This document shows, one piece after another, positions 18,394 through 28,511 of a DNA stretch of 58,220 nt. The notes beneath the pieces were generated by a model, which did no database searches, had not been told where the DNA came from, and saw nothing but the letters and a program-made list of their open reading frames with translations. Made by a program: the position numbers and the translations under genes. The stretch comes from a virus (Duplodnaviria > Caudoviricetes). The stretch is taken from the IMG/VR virus record IMGVR_UViG_3300042465_002836, positions 1 to 58,220 of that record, one strand, 5' to 3'. Each line of letters starts with the position of its first letter. Position 1 is the first letter of the stretch.

Positions 18394-21300
18394 ATGGGCG
18401 GCGGCGGCAAAGGCGGAACTTCATCTTCATCGGTCAAGATACCGAAAGATGTCCTGCGGCGTTATAACCAAGTCAACAAACGTGCCGAAGAAGTCGCCGC
18501 GCAGCCGTTCCAGCGTTATACGGGGCAATTTGTTGCGGGTATGAACCCTCAACAACTGGCGGGCATTGAGGGCATTAACAATGCCGCAAATGTCGGTCAG
18601 AGTTATTTCAATGAGGCTGGTGGCCTTATGCGCGCTGGGTCTGGCACTGCCACGCCTGGCCAGCTTGATATTGATCGTTACTTGAGCCCCTACACTGAGA
18701 ATGTGGTTAACGCCACGCAGCGCACCCAAGAACAACAGAACCGCCAGCAGGCCACGCAACTGGCCGGGAATGCCATTTCTCAGGGTGCGTTTGGCGGCGA
18801 CCGCGCCGGGATTGCACAGGCCAACCTTGCCGGGCAGCAGGCCCTCTCAAACCAGCAGATCCTCGCCCAGCTTCGCCAGCAAGGCTACACGCAGGCTGTG
18901 GGCACGGCCCAGCAGCAGCAGGGGCTGGCATATCAGGCGCAGGCGGCTGATCTTGCCCGCAAACTTGCGGCAGGGCAGGGCATAGGCGGCCTCGGCGCGC
19001 AGGCCCAATCTTCTGCCCTGCAGGGCGCGCAAGCCCAAATCGGCGCCGGTACGCTGCAACAGCAGACTGAGCAGGCTGACTTGTCCGCCCAGTACAACCA
19101 GTTCCTTCAGGAACAAGGTTATCCCTTCCAGGTGGCCCAGTTCTTGGCAAACATCGCCATGGGCACAGGCGCATTGTCCGGGTCCACGACCACGACCACG
19201 CAGCCCGGGGGCTTTTTCTCAGACGAGCGGCTCAAGGAAGACATCAAGCCCGTTGGCAAGACGTTTGACGGCCAGGACATCTATTCTTACCGTTACAAGG
19301 GCGACAACCGGACCCAGATCGGCCTTCTGGCCCAAGAGGTCGAGCGGCATCACCCCAAGGCTGTTGGCCTCGCTGGCGGCTACAAGACCGTGGACTATGA
19401 CCGCGCCACTGAGAAGGCGGCGGATCGAGGGCACTTCTATCGTGGCGGCTTGGTCGCCTCCCAAGGCGGCGGCGTTGGCTATGGCAATGCTGGCGAAGGG
19501 TTTGCGGACGGCGGGATGCCTATTGGCGGCGATATCTACCAAATCCTTGCCGCACAGAAGGCCATGTTCCCGTATCAGACGGCTGGCATGTACGGCCATC
19601 AGCCGGGTACAGGGGCTTACGGCGTTGCCACCCCTGAGCAGAATATCGGGGATCTAGCCAACGTATTTCATTCGCGCTCCGCTGAACCGCCGCAGCAACA
19701 GAAGTCTCCGTTCCAGCAGGCCTTGGACACCGGCACCCAAGTCACTTCGACCTACAAGGGTGGCAAAGACATATACAACACTGCCGGCGACATTTACGAC
19801 TGGGGCAGGGACCAGTATTATTCTACCTTTACAGATCCTCTTATGGCGTCAACCCCGGGCAAAAGAGCTTCCGGCGGCCTTGTTCGTCCCAATTACGACT
19901 TGGGCGGATCTTTGCCTTACGGGCAGTCTCAAGGATCTGTTCTGTCTGATGTTGTCAAAGATACTGAGGCTGACGCCAACAGAGCTAAGTCTTCAGCCCC
20001 CGCATCTCAGTCGGCCCCTACCAGTGGCGGTGGCGATGGCGGCCTTGGTCAGATAGCCGGCACGACCTCTGGTCTAATCAATATGGGCCAAGACATCGGT
20101 TCGCTATTTGGCCCAGCCAAGGAAGGCTTGGAGGCCGCAAAGCTCGCTGGCGCCCTTGGCGAGGCAGGGGGAGCGGCTGCTGGCCTTGGCAGTGCAGGCA
20201 GTGCTGCCGCTGGCCTTGGCAGTGCCGCTGCAGGCGCAGCCGGTGCAGGGACTGCTGCCGCTGGCGCTGCTGGGGCCGCCGGCGCCGCTGGCGGGCTTGC
20301 CGGGATTGGGTCTTCAATCGCTTCGGCCTTGCCTTTCTTGGCGTTTCTTTCAGACAAACGCCTCAAAGAAGACATCCGGCACATCGGCAAGACCTTTGAT
20401 GGGCAGTCGGTCTATTCGTATCGCTATAAGGGCGATCCCCGCACCCAGATCGGGCTGTTGGCGCAGGAGGTCGAGCGCCATCACCCTGATGCTGTTGGCA
20501 GTGCGGGGGACTACAAGACGGTTGATTATGACGCTGCGACCAAGGATGCAGCCAAGCGGGGGCATTTTGCCTCGGGCGGTTTGGCTGGTCGGCGCGGTTA
20601 TGATGTTGGTGGAACTCCAATTACAGACCAACAGCTTCAAGATGCAGTTGATAAGGCCAGAGATCCTGGGCTCTTTGACCGCATTGCCAACGCCACGCCA
20701 GGCTTCATCCGCCGGGGTGTAGAGGCGGTGCCGGGTGCGCTTGATAAGCTATCAAAGGCTGACAACCTGATCCCGCTGGTTTCAGGCATTGCGGCTATGG
20801 GCACGGCCCCGACGCGAGAACTTGGCGTAGCCCTTGCCGCCGGTTTGGGTGCGGGCGCTCAGTCCGCCCAGCAGATGCGCCAGTTCGGCCTTGAGCAGGG
20901 CAGGCTTGGCCTGACGGCTCAACAAGTTGCTCTGCAACGCCTGAAAGCCGGTGCTGAACTGACCTCAATGCTCAGGAAAATAAGGCTGGGCGAGTCAATG
21001 GCTACTGGCGCGCCTCAAACAACTTATAATGATATCTTGGGTGGCCAAGATTTTGCTGACGCATTCCAGAAGTCGCTAGGGGGCTTCCCCACTATTGGTG
21101 GCGGATCTACGACTGTACCTGAAATCCCGACTGCAGGCGGCCTTGTCCCGGCTGGAGGCGCTGCCCCAAGCCTTGGCGGGTCAATGCCTGCAGAGATGCC
21201 GTCACCCACAGCAGCCGCTCCCGGCCTGGCTGGAGGCCCTGCCGTTGGCGGCGGTGCCGCTCCAGGCTTGGGCGGAGCCCAGCCAGCTACTGCCCCGGCC

Positions 21301-22803
21301 TCTCCCGCCGCGCCTGGCGCTGCGCCCGTTGCGCCGGCAATGCCGCCCGCAATTTCGCCCGCAGCAGCCGCGGCTAGCGCAATGCCTGCCGGCAATAGTC
21401 CGTTCTGGCAGGGCGTCCCCCTTAATCAAAATATGCCCAGGCTTGTGGAAAACTATAAGGCGGCCTTGGCTTCAGGAGAATTCGCTGCGGCTGAGACCAT
21501 CAGCAACTCCATGAACGGCATCATGGAGCGCGGCGTTGTCTATAAAGATGGGCAAGTCGTACCTATCCCTGGTTTTGCTGAAGCCAAGGCACGTCAGGTA
21601 GCCATAGAAGCCGCTTCCAGGACTACCGCAGAACGCAGTGCTGCACTTCCCTTTATTGCGCCAGAACTCCGGGCACGGGCCGGGGTTGAGATTGAGACCG
21701 GCACCAGAATTATGCCTGACGGCAGTGTTGTTCGGATACCGCCTGGCGCTGGAGGAGCCCCTGCGGGCGCTCCCGGCGGCGCTCCCGGCGCGGCGCCAGC
21801 GGCAGGCGGCAGACCGGCCGCGGGCAGCGCGACAGCCCCTGTTGAAGCTACTCCCGTCACGCCGGAAGAACAGCCGCCTACTCGTACTAAAGCGGAAGTA
21901 GATCCATCGTTTGGCACAATCAAAACGGCCATCCCCCAAGCTCCTGCTGGCGGCGGCCTTCCCCAAGTGAATTTGCCGCCGGGAGCCGTTCAGCAACAAC
22001 CTTCGCCGGCACAGGCCCAGCAGATTGAGCAAGATGCCGCTTTGGCTAAAGCGACACTGGGCAATCAGGCAAACATTCAAACGTCAATCCACCGCTCTTT
22101 TGCTATGGCTGCGGCGTATAAATCCGTTGCTGCCGGCAGGGTGCCAGACACAGCCCGCCTTATTGCTGAATACGCCACTTCTATAGGCGCCCCTGAAGTC
22201 GCGCAGCAGATTTTGGGCGGCGATATGGATGCGGTGGCGGCAGCAAACTGGTTCCAGAAGAACAAAGTCAACGCCACTATGGAGAACTTGAAGGCCCTCA
22301 ACCCACAGTTCACGCAATCTGAATTTGCCGAAATGAGTGAGTCTGGGTCAGCAACACTAAATCTTGACCCTGTTGCCGCGCACAAACTTGTCAGCGAGCA
22401 GCTTGGCACGCTCATGGCGGCGGACCAGTTCCAGCGAGATTGGCGCGTGGCTCAGACGCAGGGCTGGACCAGTTTGTCGGCCTTCCAGAACGCCTGGACC
22501 GAAGCCAACCCGATGGATGATTTCATCAAGACGGCGGCCTCGCAGATCGGCACCTTCAGGGGTATGGACGTTCCCCCGCCTGACAAGATGACCGTTGGCG
22601 CAACATACGTCTTGCCAGATCGTATGGACCCCCAGGCGGCTGAAGCATACGCCGCCGTGGGCATAAACCCTGGCGACACGTTTGTTTACCTTGGCCCACA
22701 ATACCAGCCTGAGAAGCTCGACAGACCTTTGACACAGAAAGAGCTTTCCCCTGCAGACTACCGCAAGACCCATGGAATACAGGTTCCTGAGACACGGCAG
22801 TGA
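18394..22803 (+). CDS. DNA ejection/internal virion protein with two internal peptidase S74 (auto-cleaving chaperone) domains
   Basis: MGGGGKGG start, Q-rich helices, GAFGGDR; SDERLKEDI...GLLAQEVE...YKTVDY at about 19219-19401 and again at about 20350-20532. Confidence 0.8.
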   Translation: MGGGGKGGTSSSSVKIPKDVLRRYNQVNKRAEEVAAQPFQRYTGQFVAGMNPQQLAGIEGINNAANVGQSYFNEAGGLMRAGSGTATPGQLDIDRYLSPYTENVVNATQRTQEQQNRQQATQLAGNAISQGAFGGDRAGIAQANLAGQQALSNQQILAQLRQQGYTQAVGTAQQQQGLAYQAQAADLARKLAAGQGIGGLGAQAQSSALQGAQAQIGAGTLQQQTEQADLSAQYNQFLQEQGYPFQVAQFLANIAMGTGALSGSTTTTTQPGGFFSDERLKEDIKPVGKTFDGQDIYSYRYKGDNRTQIGLLAQEVERHHPKAVGLAGGYKTVDYDRATEKAADRGHFYRGGLVASQGGGVGYGNAGEGFADGGMPIGGDIYQILAAQKAMFPYQTAGMYGHQPGTGAYGVATPEQNIGDLANVFHSRSAEPPQQQKSPFQQALDTGTQVTSTYKGGKDIYNTAGDIYDWGRDQYYSTFTDPLMASTPGKRASGGLVRPNYDLGGSLPYGQSQGSVLSDVVKDTEADANRAKSSAPASQSAPTSGGGDGGLGQIAGTTSGLINMGQDIGSLFGPAKEGLEAAKLAGALGEAGGAAAGLGSAGSAAAGLGSAAAGAAGAGTAAAGAAGAAGAAGGLAGIGSSIASALPFLAFLSDKRLKEDIRHIGKTFDGQSVYSYRYKGDPRTQIGLLAQEVERHHPDAVGSAGDYKTVDYDAATKDAAKRGHFASGGLAGRRGYDVGGTPITDQQLQDAVDKARDPGLFDRIANATPGFIRRGVEAVPGALDKLSKADNLIPLVSGIAAMGTAPTRELGVALAAGLGAGAQSAQQMRQFGLEQGRLGLTAQQVALQRLKAGAELTSMLRKIRLGESMATGAPQTTYNDILGGQDFADAFQKSLGGFPTIGGGSTTVPEIPTAGGLVPAGGAAPSLGGSMPAEMPSPTAAAPGLAGGPAVGGGAAPGLGGAQPATAPASPAAPGAAPVAPAMPPAISPAAAAASAMPAGNSPFWQGVPLNQNMPRLVENYKAALASGEFAAAETISNSMNGIMERGVVYKDGQVVPIPGFAEAKARQVAIEAASRTTAERSAALPFIAPELRARAGVEIETGTRIMPDGSVVRIPPGAGGAPAGAPGGAPGAAPAAGGRPAAGSATAPVEATPVTPEEQPPTRTKAEVDPSFGTIKTAIPQAPAGGGLPQVNLPPGAVQQQPSPAQAQQIEQDAALAKATLGNQANIQTSIHRSFAMAAAYKSVAAGRVPDTARLIAEYATSIGAPEVAQQILGGDMDAVAAANWFQKNKVNATMENLKALNPQFTQSEFAEMSESGSATLNLDPVAAHKLVSEQLGTLMAADQFQRDWRVAQTQGWTSLSAFQNAWTEANPMDDFIKTAASQIGTFRGMDVPPPDKMTVGATYVLPDRMDPQAAEAYAAVGINPGDTFVYLGPQYQPEKLDRPLTQKELSPADYRKTHGIQVPETRQ

Positions 22804-22812
22804 GGACTGAAA

Positions 22813-25053
22813 ATGGCAACCGAAGTCGATCCAAACAGCCCCTGGGCAAAGTATTCCGCCAAGCCCTCGCCTGCCGCGCAGCCCACGCCCAAGCCCACGC
22901 TGGACGTTAATCAAGCTGCCATAGACAGCGGGACGGTCACCCCAGACGTTCCCGCTGCGGCCGCCATGCGGCCTACGACTGAGTCCACTGCGATATCGCC
23001 TCTCGTAGGTTTCAATCGAGGCTTGGCAAACGTGGTGGGCGCCCTCCCTGACGCCGTCAGCTACGCTATGAGGAAAACCCTGCCAGAGGGATATGCCCCG
23101 AAGTCATCTGCTGACACTGTCATGGGCAGCGACTGGCTCAAGAGCCTCATGCAAGTTGACCAGCCAAGATTTCAGCCCAGAAGCAATATTGAGAACGTGC
23201 TTCAATCGTCTGGGGCGGCTGTCCCATTGGCTCTCTCAATCCCACTTGCAGCAAGGGGCGTTGCAGCCCAGCTTCCAAGCGCAATTTCAAGGATGGCTCC
23301 CACCACTGCCGGCGTCATCCAGACTATTGGCAAGGGCTCACCCACGACGGTCGGTCAGACAGCCAGCCAAGCAACCGGGGAGTTTGCCGGAAGTGCGCTT
23401 GGCACCACTGCAGAGACTTTTGCCCCAGATCCTCTGAAGCCCGCCGCAAACGTACTAGGAAATCTGGTTGGCGGCTTAAGTGCCAATGTTGGCACCGACC
23501 TTTTGGGTTCGCGGTTTTCATATGACCCCAGTTCCGTTGCGGCTTCTGCGAACCGTCTGGGCGTTTCTTTGCCCAACGCCGCCGTGAACCCGTCCCAGCT
23601 TGTTCAGCGTGCGGGCCAAACGCTCAAGATCATTCCTTGGGGCGGTGAACCCTTGTCGCAAGCGTCCGCAAGGTCATTGGGTGAACTGCAGGCGTCTGCA
23701 GCGGGGCTAGTTTCTCGCTTGGGCGGCGGAACCGCAGAACAAGGTGGACAGGCGGCAAAGACGGCCTTGGTTGACTGGATGGGGCCAAAGACAAGTAATG
23801 CGATTGCGGCAAAATATGATGCTGTTGATAACGCCATCACTAACCCCAACGCCACAACACCATTGCTTAATGCAAATCGAATAGCTCAAACGTTGCAGCA
23901 AGAATATGACGCGCAGGGCCTTTACAATTCTCCAATTCCTGCGGTCAAGTTTATTGAGTCTGCGCTTTCTACTCCTCTAACATATGAGGGTGTTAAGGGG
24001 CTAAGAAGCAGGGTTGGCGAGCTTTTAAAAAACCCTCAAGCCATGACCAGCCAAGGCATTTCAAATGGCGAATTGAAACGCATTTATGCCGCTTTGACTG
24101 ATGATCTTGGGCAAGCAGCAGAGAATGCTGGCGGTCCTGCCGCCAAACAAGCCTGGACTGAGGCAAATTCTTTTACAAGGCAAATCAAAGCCACAAATGC
24201 GCGCCTTGCCAAGCTTATGGGCGGCCCAAATGTAGATCCTGACCAAGTTCCGGCGGAAGCCGTGTTTGGGCGCTTGCTGACCGCGGCTTCATCTACAAGA
24301 GGCGCTGATTTGCGCTTGCTGCGGACGGCGAAGAGCATTGTGCCGCCTGATCAATGGAACGAATTTTTGTCTGGGACAATCTCTCAAATGGGCCGCACGG
24401 CTAAAAATGAATTTAGCCCAGGTTCTTTTGCGACATCTCTCAACAAAATGCCCCCCGCAAGCCGGGACATTATGTTTGGTCCAACGGGAAGCCCAACCAG
24501 AGACGCAATTGAAGACATTACAAATGTTGCCAAATTGGGCCAGAAGCTTGAGGGCTTTACCAATCCTTCAGGCACCGCCCAGAATATTGTTATGGCGGGT
24601 GGCGGCGTGGGCCTCTACACAAACATGGCGGAAACGCTTGTAGGCCTTGTAGGGACAAGAGGGCTGTCTGAATATCTGTCAAATCCGGTCAGTGCCCGTC
24701 AGATCAGTAGATGGTCCCGCGCATATCAGGACGCAGTGACAAACAGCCGGGGCGATGCGGATACATTCCGCCGGCTCATGGTGAACCCGACAGCGTCCTT
24801 GATGGCTGAGAACCCAGACAGAGAAGTGCGCGAGGCCCGCCAGGCACAACAACAAGCCGGGGGCCGCGCTGACGGCGGTCGTGTAGGCTATCGCGCTGGC
24901 GGCCGCATCCTTGATCACGCAAGCCAGGCTGGCGCCTTGGTGCGGGCAGCCGAGACGGCAAAGAAGCGGATCAGCCAAACGACCGAACCGCTTCTGGAGA
25001 TGCCGGATGAGGCCGTGGTTAAGGCTTTGAGCGTGGCAAATGAGAATATCTAG
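22813..25053 (+). CDS. Putative DNA ejection/internal virion protein
   Basis: 746 aa, helical and Ala-rich; NPSGTA motif; C-term RADGG/YRAGG; last gene of the virion block. Confidence 0.7.
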   Translation: MATEVDPNSPWAKYSAKPSPAAQPTPKPTLDVNQAAIDSGTVTPDVPAAAAMRPTTESTAISPLVGFNRGLANVVGALPDAVSYAMRKTLPEGYAPKSSADTVMGSDWLKSLMQVDQPRFQPRSNIENVLQSSGAAVPLALSIPLAARGVAAQLPSAISRMAPTTAGVIQTIGKGSPTTVGQTASQATGEFAGSALGTTAETFAPDPLKPAANVLGNLVGGLSANVGTDLLGSRFSYDPSSVAASANRLGVSLPNAAVNPSQLVQRAGQTLKIIPWGGEPLSQASARSLGELQASAAGLVSRLGGGTAEQGGQAAKTALVDWMGPKTSNAIAAKYDAVDNAITNPNATTPLLNANRIAQTLQQEYDAQGLYNSPIPAVKFIESALSTPLTYEGVKGLRSRVGELLKNPQAMTSQGISNGELKRIYAALTDDLGQAAENAGGPAAKQAWTEANSFTRQIKATNARLAKLMGGPNVDPDQVPAEAVFGRLLTAASSTRGADLRLLRTAKSIVPPDQWNEFLSGTISQMGRTAKNEFSPGSFATSLNKMPPASRDIMFGPTGSPTRDAIEDITNVAKLGQKLEGFTNPSGTAQNIVMAGGGVGLYTNMAETLVGLVGTRGLSEYLSNPVSARQISRWSRAYQDAVTNSRGDADTFRRLMVNPTASLMAENPDREVREARQAQQQAGGRADGGRVGYRAGGRILDHASQAGALVRAAETAKKRISQTTEPLLEMPDEAVVKALSVANENI

Positions 25054-25307
25054 TCCACAAACTCCATCACCTTGCCAATAAGGGATGTATTGAGGATCAT
25101 CTTGCCTTTAAGCGTCCAGAGCGTGACTTTGTTCGGGCTTTCCCTGTAGTAATGCTCGCAAAGAATGAAGTCTTCGTTGGTTAATTCTTCGAGGAATTCT
25201 TCAATGCTTTCTACAGGGTAATCGCATATGACCTGATGCACCAGGTTATTGGACTTTGACGCCATGTTCATGGTCACAAGGAAGCGCACAGGGTATCTCC
25301 ATATCAT
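25050..25307 (-). CDS. Hypothetical protein
   Basis: 85 aa; converges on the virion block. Confidence 0.6.
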   Translation of the reverse strand: MIWRYPVRFLVTMNMASKSNNLVHQVICDYPVESIEEFLEELTNEDFILCEHYYRESPNKVTLWTLKGKMILNTSLIGKVMEFVD

Positions 25308-25457
25308 GCCTCAGATCATCATTCTGTCCCCGGCGCAGAATGCACGATACGACACCCTGATGCAAACAAACGTGCCGCCTTGTCCATGGCCCAATCGGGC
25401 ATAGGCTGGAACAAGGCGCCGTCTGTCTCATCCCACCCCGATGAACGGCGGTACATC

Positions 25458-25673
25458 TCAACCCAGGGGGTCGAGAGTATTCGGGCCATCCACAAGATCT
25501 GCTGTTCTGGTGTCACGCTTGCCTCCGCGCCTGACGCGCCGGTTGAATGTCGCCTTTGCCTTCTTTGCATCGCCCGGGCGGCGCTTATGGAACTGCCGTG
25601 CCTTGGTCAACATATCGTACTCATCGCCTCCCTGGAGGCTACAGCCCGTCGATTTCTCGGATGCCATGGACAT
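25458..25673 (-). CDS. Small basic hypothetical protein
   Basis: GGDEYDMLTKAR...KAKATFNRRVRR pattern. Confidence 0.55.
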   Translation of the reverse strand: MSMASEKSTGCSLQGGDEYDMLTKARQFHKRRPGDAKKAKATFNRRVRRGGKRDTRTADLVDGPNTLDPLG

Positions 25674-25872
25674 CTCCCCGCACGCCTACAAGCCCGTTCC
25701 AAGCCCGGGCCAGAGCATAGACAGCATCATCATAGCCCAGGAAATTGTCTGCCGTCCTTGGTGCGTATTTGACCCCCACAAGGCTGGCAATGTGGGCGGG
25801 GGTCCAACCGGCCTCCCGCAGCCACATCACATGCTCCAGGGCAACCTCAACGGCATAATCACTGGGCGTCAT
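25639..25872 (-). CDS. Hypothetical protein
   Basis: 77 aa in a packed leftward operon. Confidence 0.5.
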   Translation of the reverse strand: MTPSDYAVEVALEHVMWLREAGWTPAHIASLVGVKYAPRTADNFLGYDDAVYALARAWNGLVGVRGDVHGIREIDGL

Positions 25873-25950
25873 GGCCGCCCATCAATATGTCCATGATGTT
25901 GAGCAGGACGTGGGCGAGAAACACGCCAATCGTGATCTGCGCGATGAGCA

Positions 25951-26100
25951 TCATTGTGTTAACCTTTCTCGCACCATCATGCGCCATAGCGCAGCTTGTT
26001 CCAAGGTGGGCTGGGCCTCTGGGCCGACCTCATCGGACCAAAGCACCCAGCCGCATAGGCTGATCACCAGCAGGATCAGCAGCCTTAGACAGTGCGCCAT
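25951..26100 (-). CDS. Small membrane protein (49 aa, not in ORF track)
   Basis: Hand translation MAHCLRLLILLVISLCGWVLWSDE... Confidence 0.4.
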   Translation of the reverse strand: MAHCLRLLILLVISLCGWVLWSDEVGPEAQPTLEQAALWRMMVRERLTQ

Positions 26101-26291
26101 ACGCGGACGCAATTTTCGCCTTCAGCCCTGGTCATCCAGCGCATTTTGACGGTCCGCTGCGCCTTTTGGATGGCCGCCCGCAGGCCCATCAGATCTTCCT
26201 TAGACACCAGGATGCTGTCCCCCACGCCCATGTCGGTTAATGGGTATTTGCCGCCGTTAGGAATGGGGACGCCTTTCTCAATCTTGTACAT
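26085..26291 (-). CDS. Small DNA-binding-type phage protein
   Basis: KIEKGVPIP...KYP...M.VGDS...VRVWR; aaggagg RBS. Confidence 0.7.
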   Translation of the reverse strand: MYKIEKGVPIPNGGKYPLTDMGVGDSILVSKEDLMGLRAAIQKAQRTVKMRWMTRAEGENCVRVWRTV

Positions 26292-26301
26292 ATCTGCCTC
26301 C

Positions 26302-26622
26302 TTATTTCAGGTTCATTTCTGCGCGCCGGTTGGCCTGACGCGACCGCCAGGTTTCCCACCGCATCTTGGCGAGGTCGGCCTTGGCCTTTGCAAGACCAGC
26401 GGCGATCCTGGCCGTCGTGGCCTCTTCGCTGGCGCTGATGTATTTCTCATGGCACCTGGCTGCATGTTCAGCCCGGCCAAGAGCGCCGTCCATTGAGGTC
26501 ACGATGGCGCTGAAGATGCTCTTTTCAAGCTTCTCGCAGCGCATCGCTTCCCCTTCAGCCACGGCGGCCTCCTCGAGGACCATCTGACATTCAGTCAGAA
26601 ATTCGTCTATCGACCGCTCCAT
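26302..26622 (-). CDS. Helical hypothetical protein in the recombination module
   Basis: 106 aa, gaggt RBS. Confidence 0.65.
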   Translation of the reverse strand: MERSIDEFLTECQMVLEEAAVAEGEAMRCEKLEKSIFSAIVTSMDGALGRAEHAARCHEKYISASEEATTARIAAGLAKAKADLAKMRWETWRSRQANRRAEMNLK

Positions 26623-26630
26623 GGCTCACC

Positions 26631-26888
26631 TCAGAACGGCACATCATCGTCCAGCGGGCGCTGGCTGGCCCGCCCACGATCTGCGTAGCCGTCCCCGCGC
26701 GACGGTGCGCTGTCACGCTCCCGCGGCACCTGGATGACCATGTTGACCGTGCCACGCTCGTCAGGCAGCGGGAGGCTGTCCAGCCAGACACTGATCGACC
26801 CGTCATCTTTACGCATGGCAGAGCCAATCTTGTGGGCAAACTTTTTGTCCTTGCCCTGTCTGAACACAATTACGTCCATCCTGCTCAT
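26631..26888 (-). CDS. Small SSB-like protein
   Basis: KIGSA...GSISVWLDSLP, acidic tail DDDVPF; follows ERF. Confidence 0.65.
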   Translation of the reverse strand: MSRMDVIVFRQGKDKKFAHKIGSAMRKDDGSISVWLDSLPLPDERGTVNMVIQVPRERDSAPSRGDGYADRGRASQRPLDDDVPF

Positions 26889-26892
26889 GACT

Positions 26893-27528
26893 TCACTCCT
26901 TCTCCAGCAGCATAGCGAGGTGCTTCTCTGCGTGATTTTCAAGCCATTTGACCGCTGATGGAGAGTATTTCCCCAGGCGCTCCAGCAGGCCCGCGCTGTT
27001 CTTCATGATCAACTTGAGGGCAATCTCCCCGGTGCTGTCATCAATGATCGCCCGAAGGTTGTCGGCCTCGGCCTTCAGTTCCGCCGGGATTGCCGGGGGC
27101 TTCGGCTTAACGTCATCCTTGATCGCAGCCACCGCCGTTCGACCAGACGCTGCGTTGCCGTCATCGTCCTCTGGAGCCACGCCGCACACCGCCATGGCGG
27201 CATAGCGCCGGGCGTAGGTGATTGCAGACCCGTAGCCCTGGGGGTCTTCCTTGATCGGGCGCAGGAGATACGTCCCTTCCAGCCACTCACCGCTCTCATG
27301 CAGCAGGCGGGTGACCAGCACCGGCTCCCCATCGTCTATATCGGGCATCTGGACGAGGCTCAGGCCATTCGAGGTCAGCGGCCCGCGGATGGCATCCCAG
27401 ACGGCGGACAAATCGGCATACTTTGAGCGAAATGCCGGATTGGCTCTGTCTTTGACGGCCCCCTCAATAACCGCCTGGGCCTTGGCAAGGGCAGCGGCCA
27501 GAGCGGAGATGCTCTCAGATGTTCTCAT
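26893..27528 (-). CDS. erf: ERF-family single-strand annealing protein
   Basis: NPAFRSKYADL, LLHESGEW, PQGYGSAITYARRY, EDDDGN. Confidence 0.92.
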   Translation of the reverse strand: MRTSESISALAAALAKAQAVIEGAVKDRANPAFRSKYADLSAVWDAIRGPLTSNGLSLVQMPDIDDGEPVLVTRLLHESGEWLEGTYLLRPIKEDPQGYGSAITYARRYAAMAVCGVAPEDDDGNAASGRTAVAAIKDDVKPKPPAIPAELKAEADNLRAIIDDSTGEIALKLIMKNSAGLLERLGKYSPSAVKWLENHAEKHLAMLLEKE

Positions 27529-27529
27529 G

Positions 27530-28315
27530 TCATGCCTCCTTGATCGTGATCGCGCCGTTCTTAGCGCGGGTTACCGTAATACCGTGGCCCTCGGCTTTGC
27601 GGACATCAGCCTCGACCAGCCCCTTTATCGTGGCCTTGGCCGCATCATGCAAAGCCACTGAAAGCCGGGTGCCCAGCCAATCGTCGGCTGCAACGGCCCA
27701 CTCATTGTGTCCCTGCATGGAAACTGTCCGCATGGTTGTGTACTCAACCGGCGGGCCAGCCGGTGCCCAGCCTAGAGGTGGGGTGTCTGTCTGGACGTAC
27801 CGCCAGAACGTCTCGCAGCGGTCGCGGACTTCGGCAGCGTACGCCCAGTCAAAATGGACCCGCCTGATCTCATGGGTCATGGTCCCAATGATCACCGACA
27901 GGTAGGCTTGATGGGCGTCTGTCACCATCATCTGGACGTGGATCTGCGCCGCGTATTTCGCCACGACATCGTCAATTTTGCTAAATTGGTTGACGTGCTT
28001 GGCTTCCACCGGGCACCGCTCGTCCATCAGCCAGCCATCAGGCGTGGCCGTCAGCCACGGAGTATCAGGATGCGTCTGAACGCCCACGCTGCGAGTGATA
28101 GTCATCCCCAGTTTGCGCTGTGCAAAATCCAAATTGAGGCTCTCGGTGGCGATCCCTATTTGCACCGGCAACACGTCGGACAGATCGCTATACGGCTTCC
28201 GTCCGGTTTTGACCCCCCAGAGAGTGAAAACCTCTTCAGGCGTGCCGGTCATGATTATCGTGGCGTCTGAAGCACCGACGCTACTGCGCCGGCGCTCCAG
28301 TTCCATGGGGGTCAC
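27530..28315 (-). CDS. YqaJ/lambda-exonuclease-family nuclease
   Basis: VGASDA, W..KTG, ATPDG, VEAK, Y.AQ...QM.V. Confidence 0.88.
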   Translation of the reverse strand: MTPMELERRRSSVGASDATIIMTGTPEEVFTLWGVKTGRKPYSDLSDVLPVQIGIATESLNLDFAQRKLGMTITRSVGVQTHPDTPWLTATPDGWLMDERCPVEAKHVNQFSKIDDVVAKYAAQIHVQMMVTDAHQAYLSVIIGTMTHEIRRVHFDWAYAAEVRDRCETFWRYVQTDTPPLGWAPAGPPVEYTTMRTVSMQGHNEWAVAADDWLGTRLSVALHDAAKATIKGLVEADVRKAEGHGITVTRAKNGAITIKEA

Positions 28316-28509
28316 TCTGCTGCCTCTTCAGCAACGGCTTCGACCGGGGCGCACAGCGCGGTCAGGTCCGCAGCCAGCTTGAGGGCTTCATCGCGGGTCA
28401 GCGACACATAGGTCGGCCAACCGAACCGGATCACAACGCTATTGTCGGACGGGTGCTTTTGAACCGTCACCGCATCGTCGTTAATCACCGAAATGTTAAC
28501 GTAAGACAT
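28312..28509 (-). CDS. Hypothetical protein
   Basis: 65 aa, gagga RBS. Confidence 0.6.
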   Translation of the reverse strand: MSYVNISVINDDAVTVQKHPSDNSVVIRFGWPTYVSLTRDEALKLAADLTALCAPVEAVAEEAAE

Positions 28510-28511
28510 GA

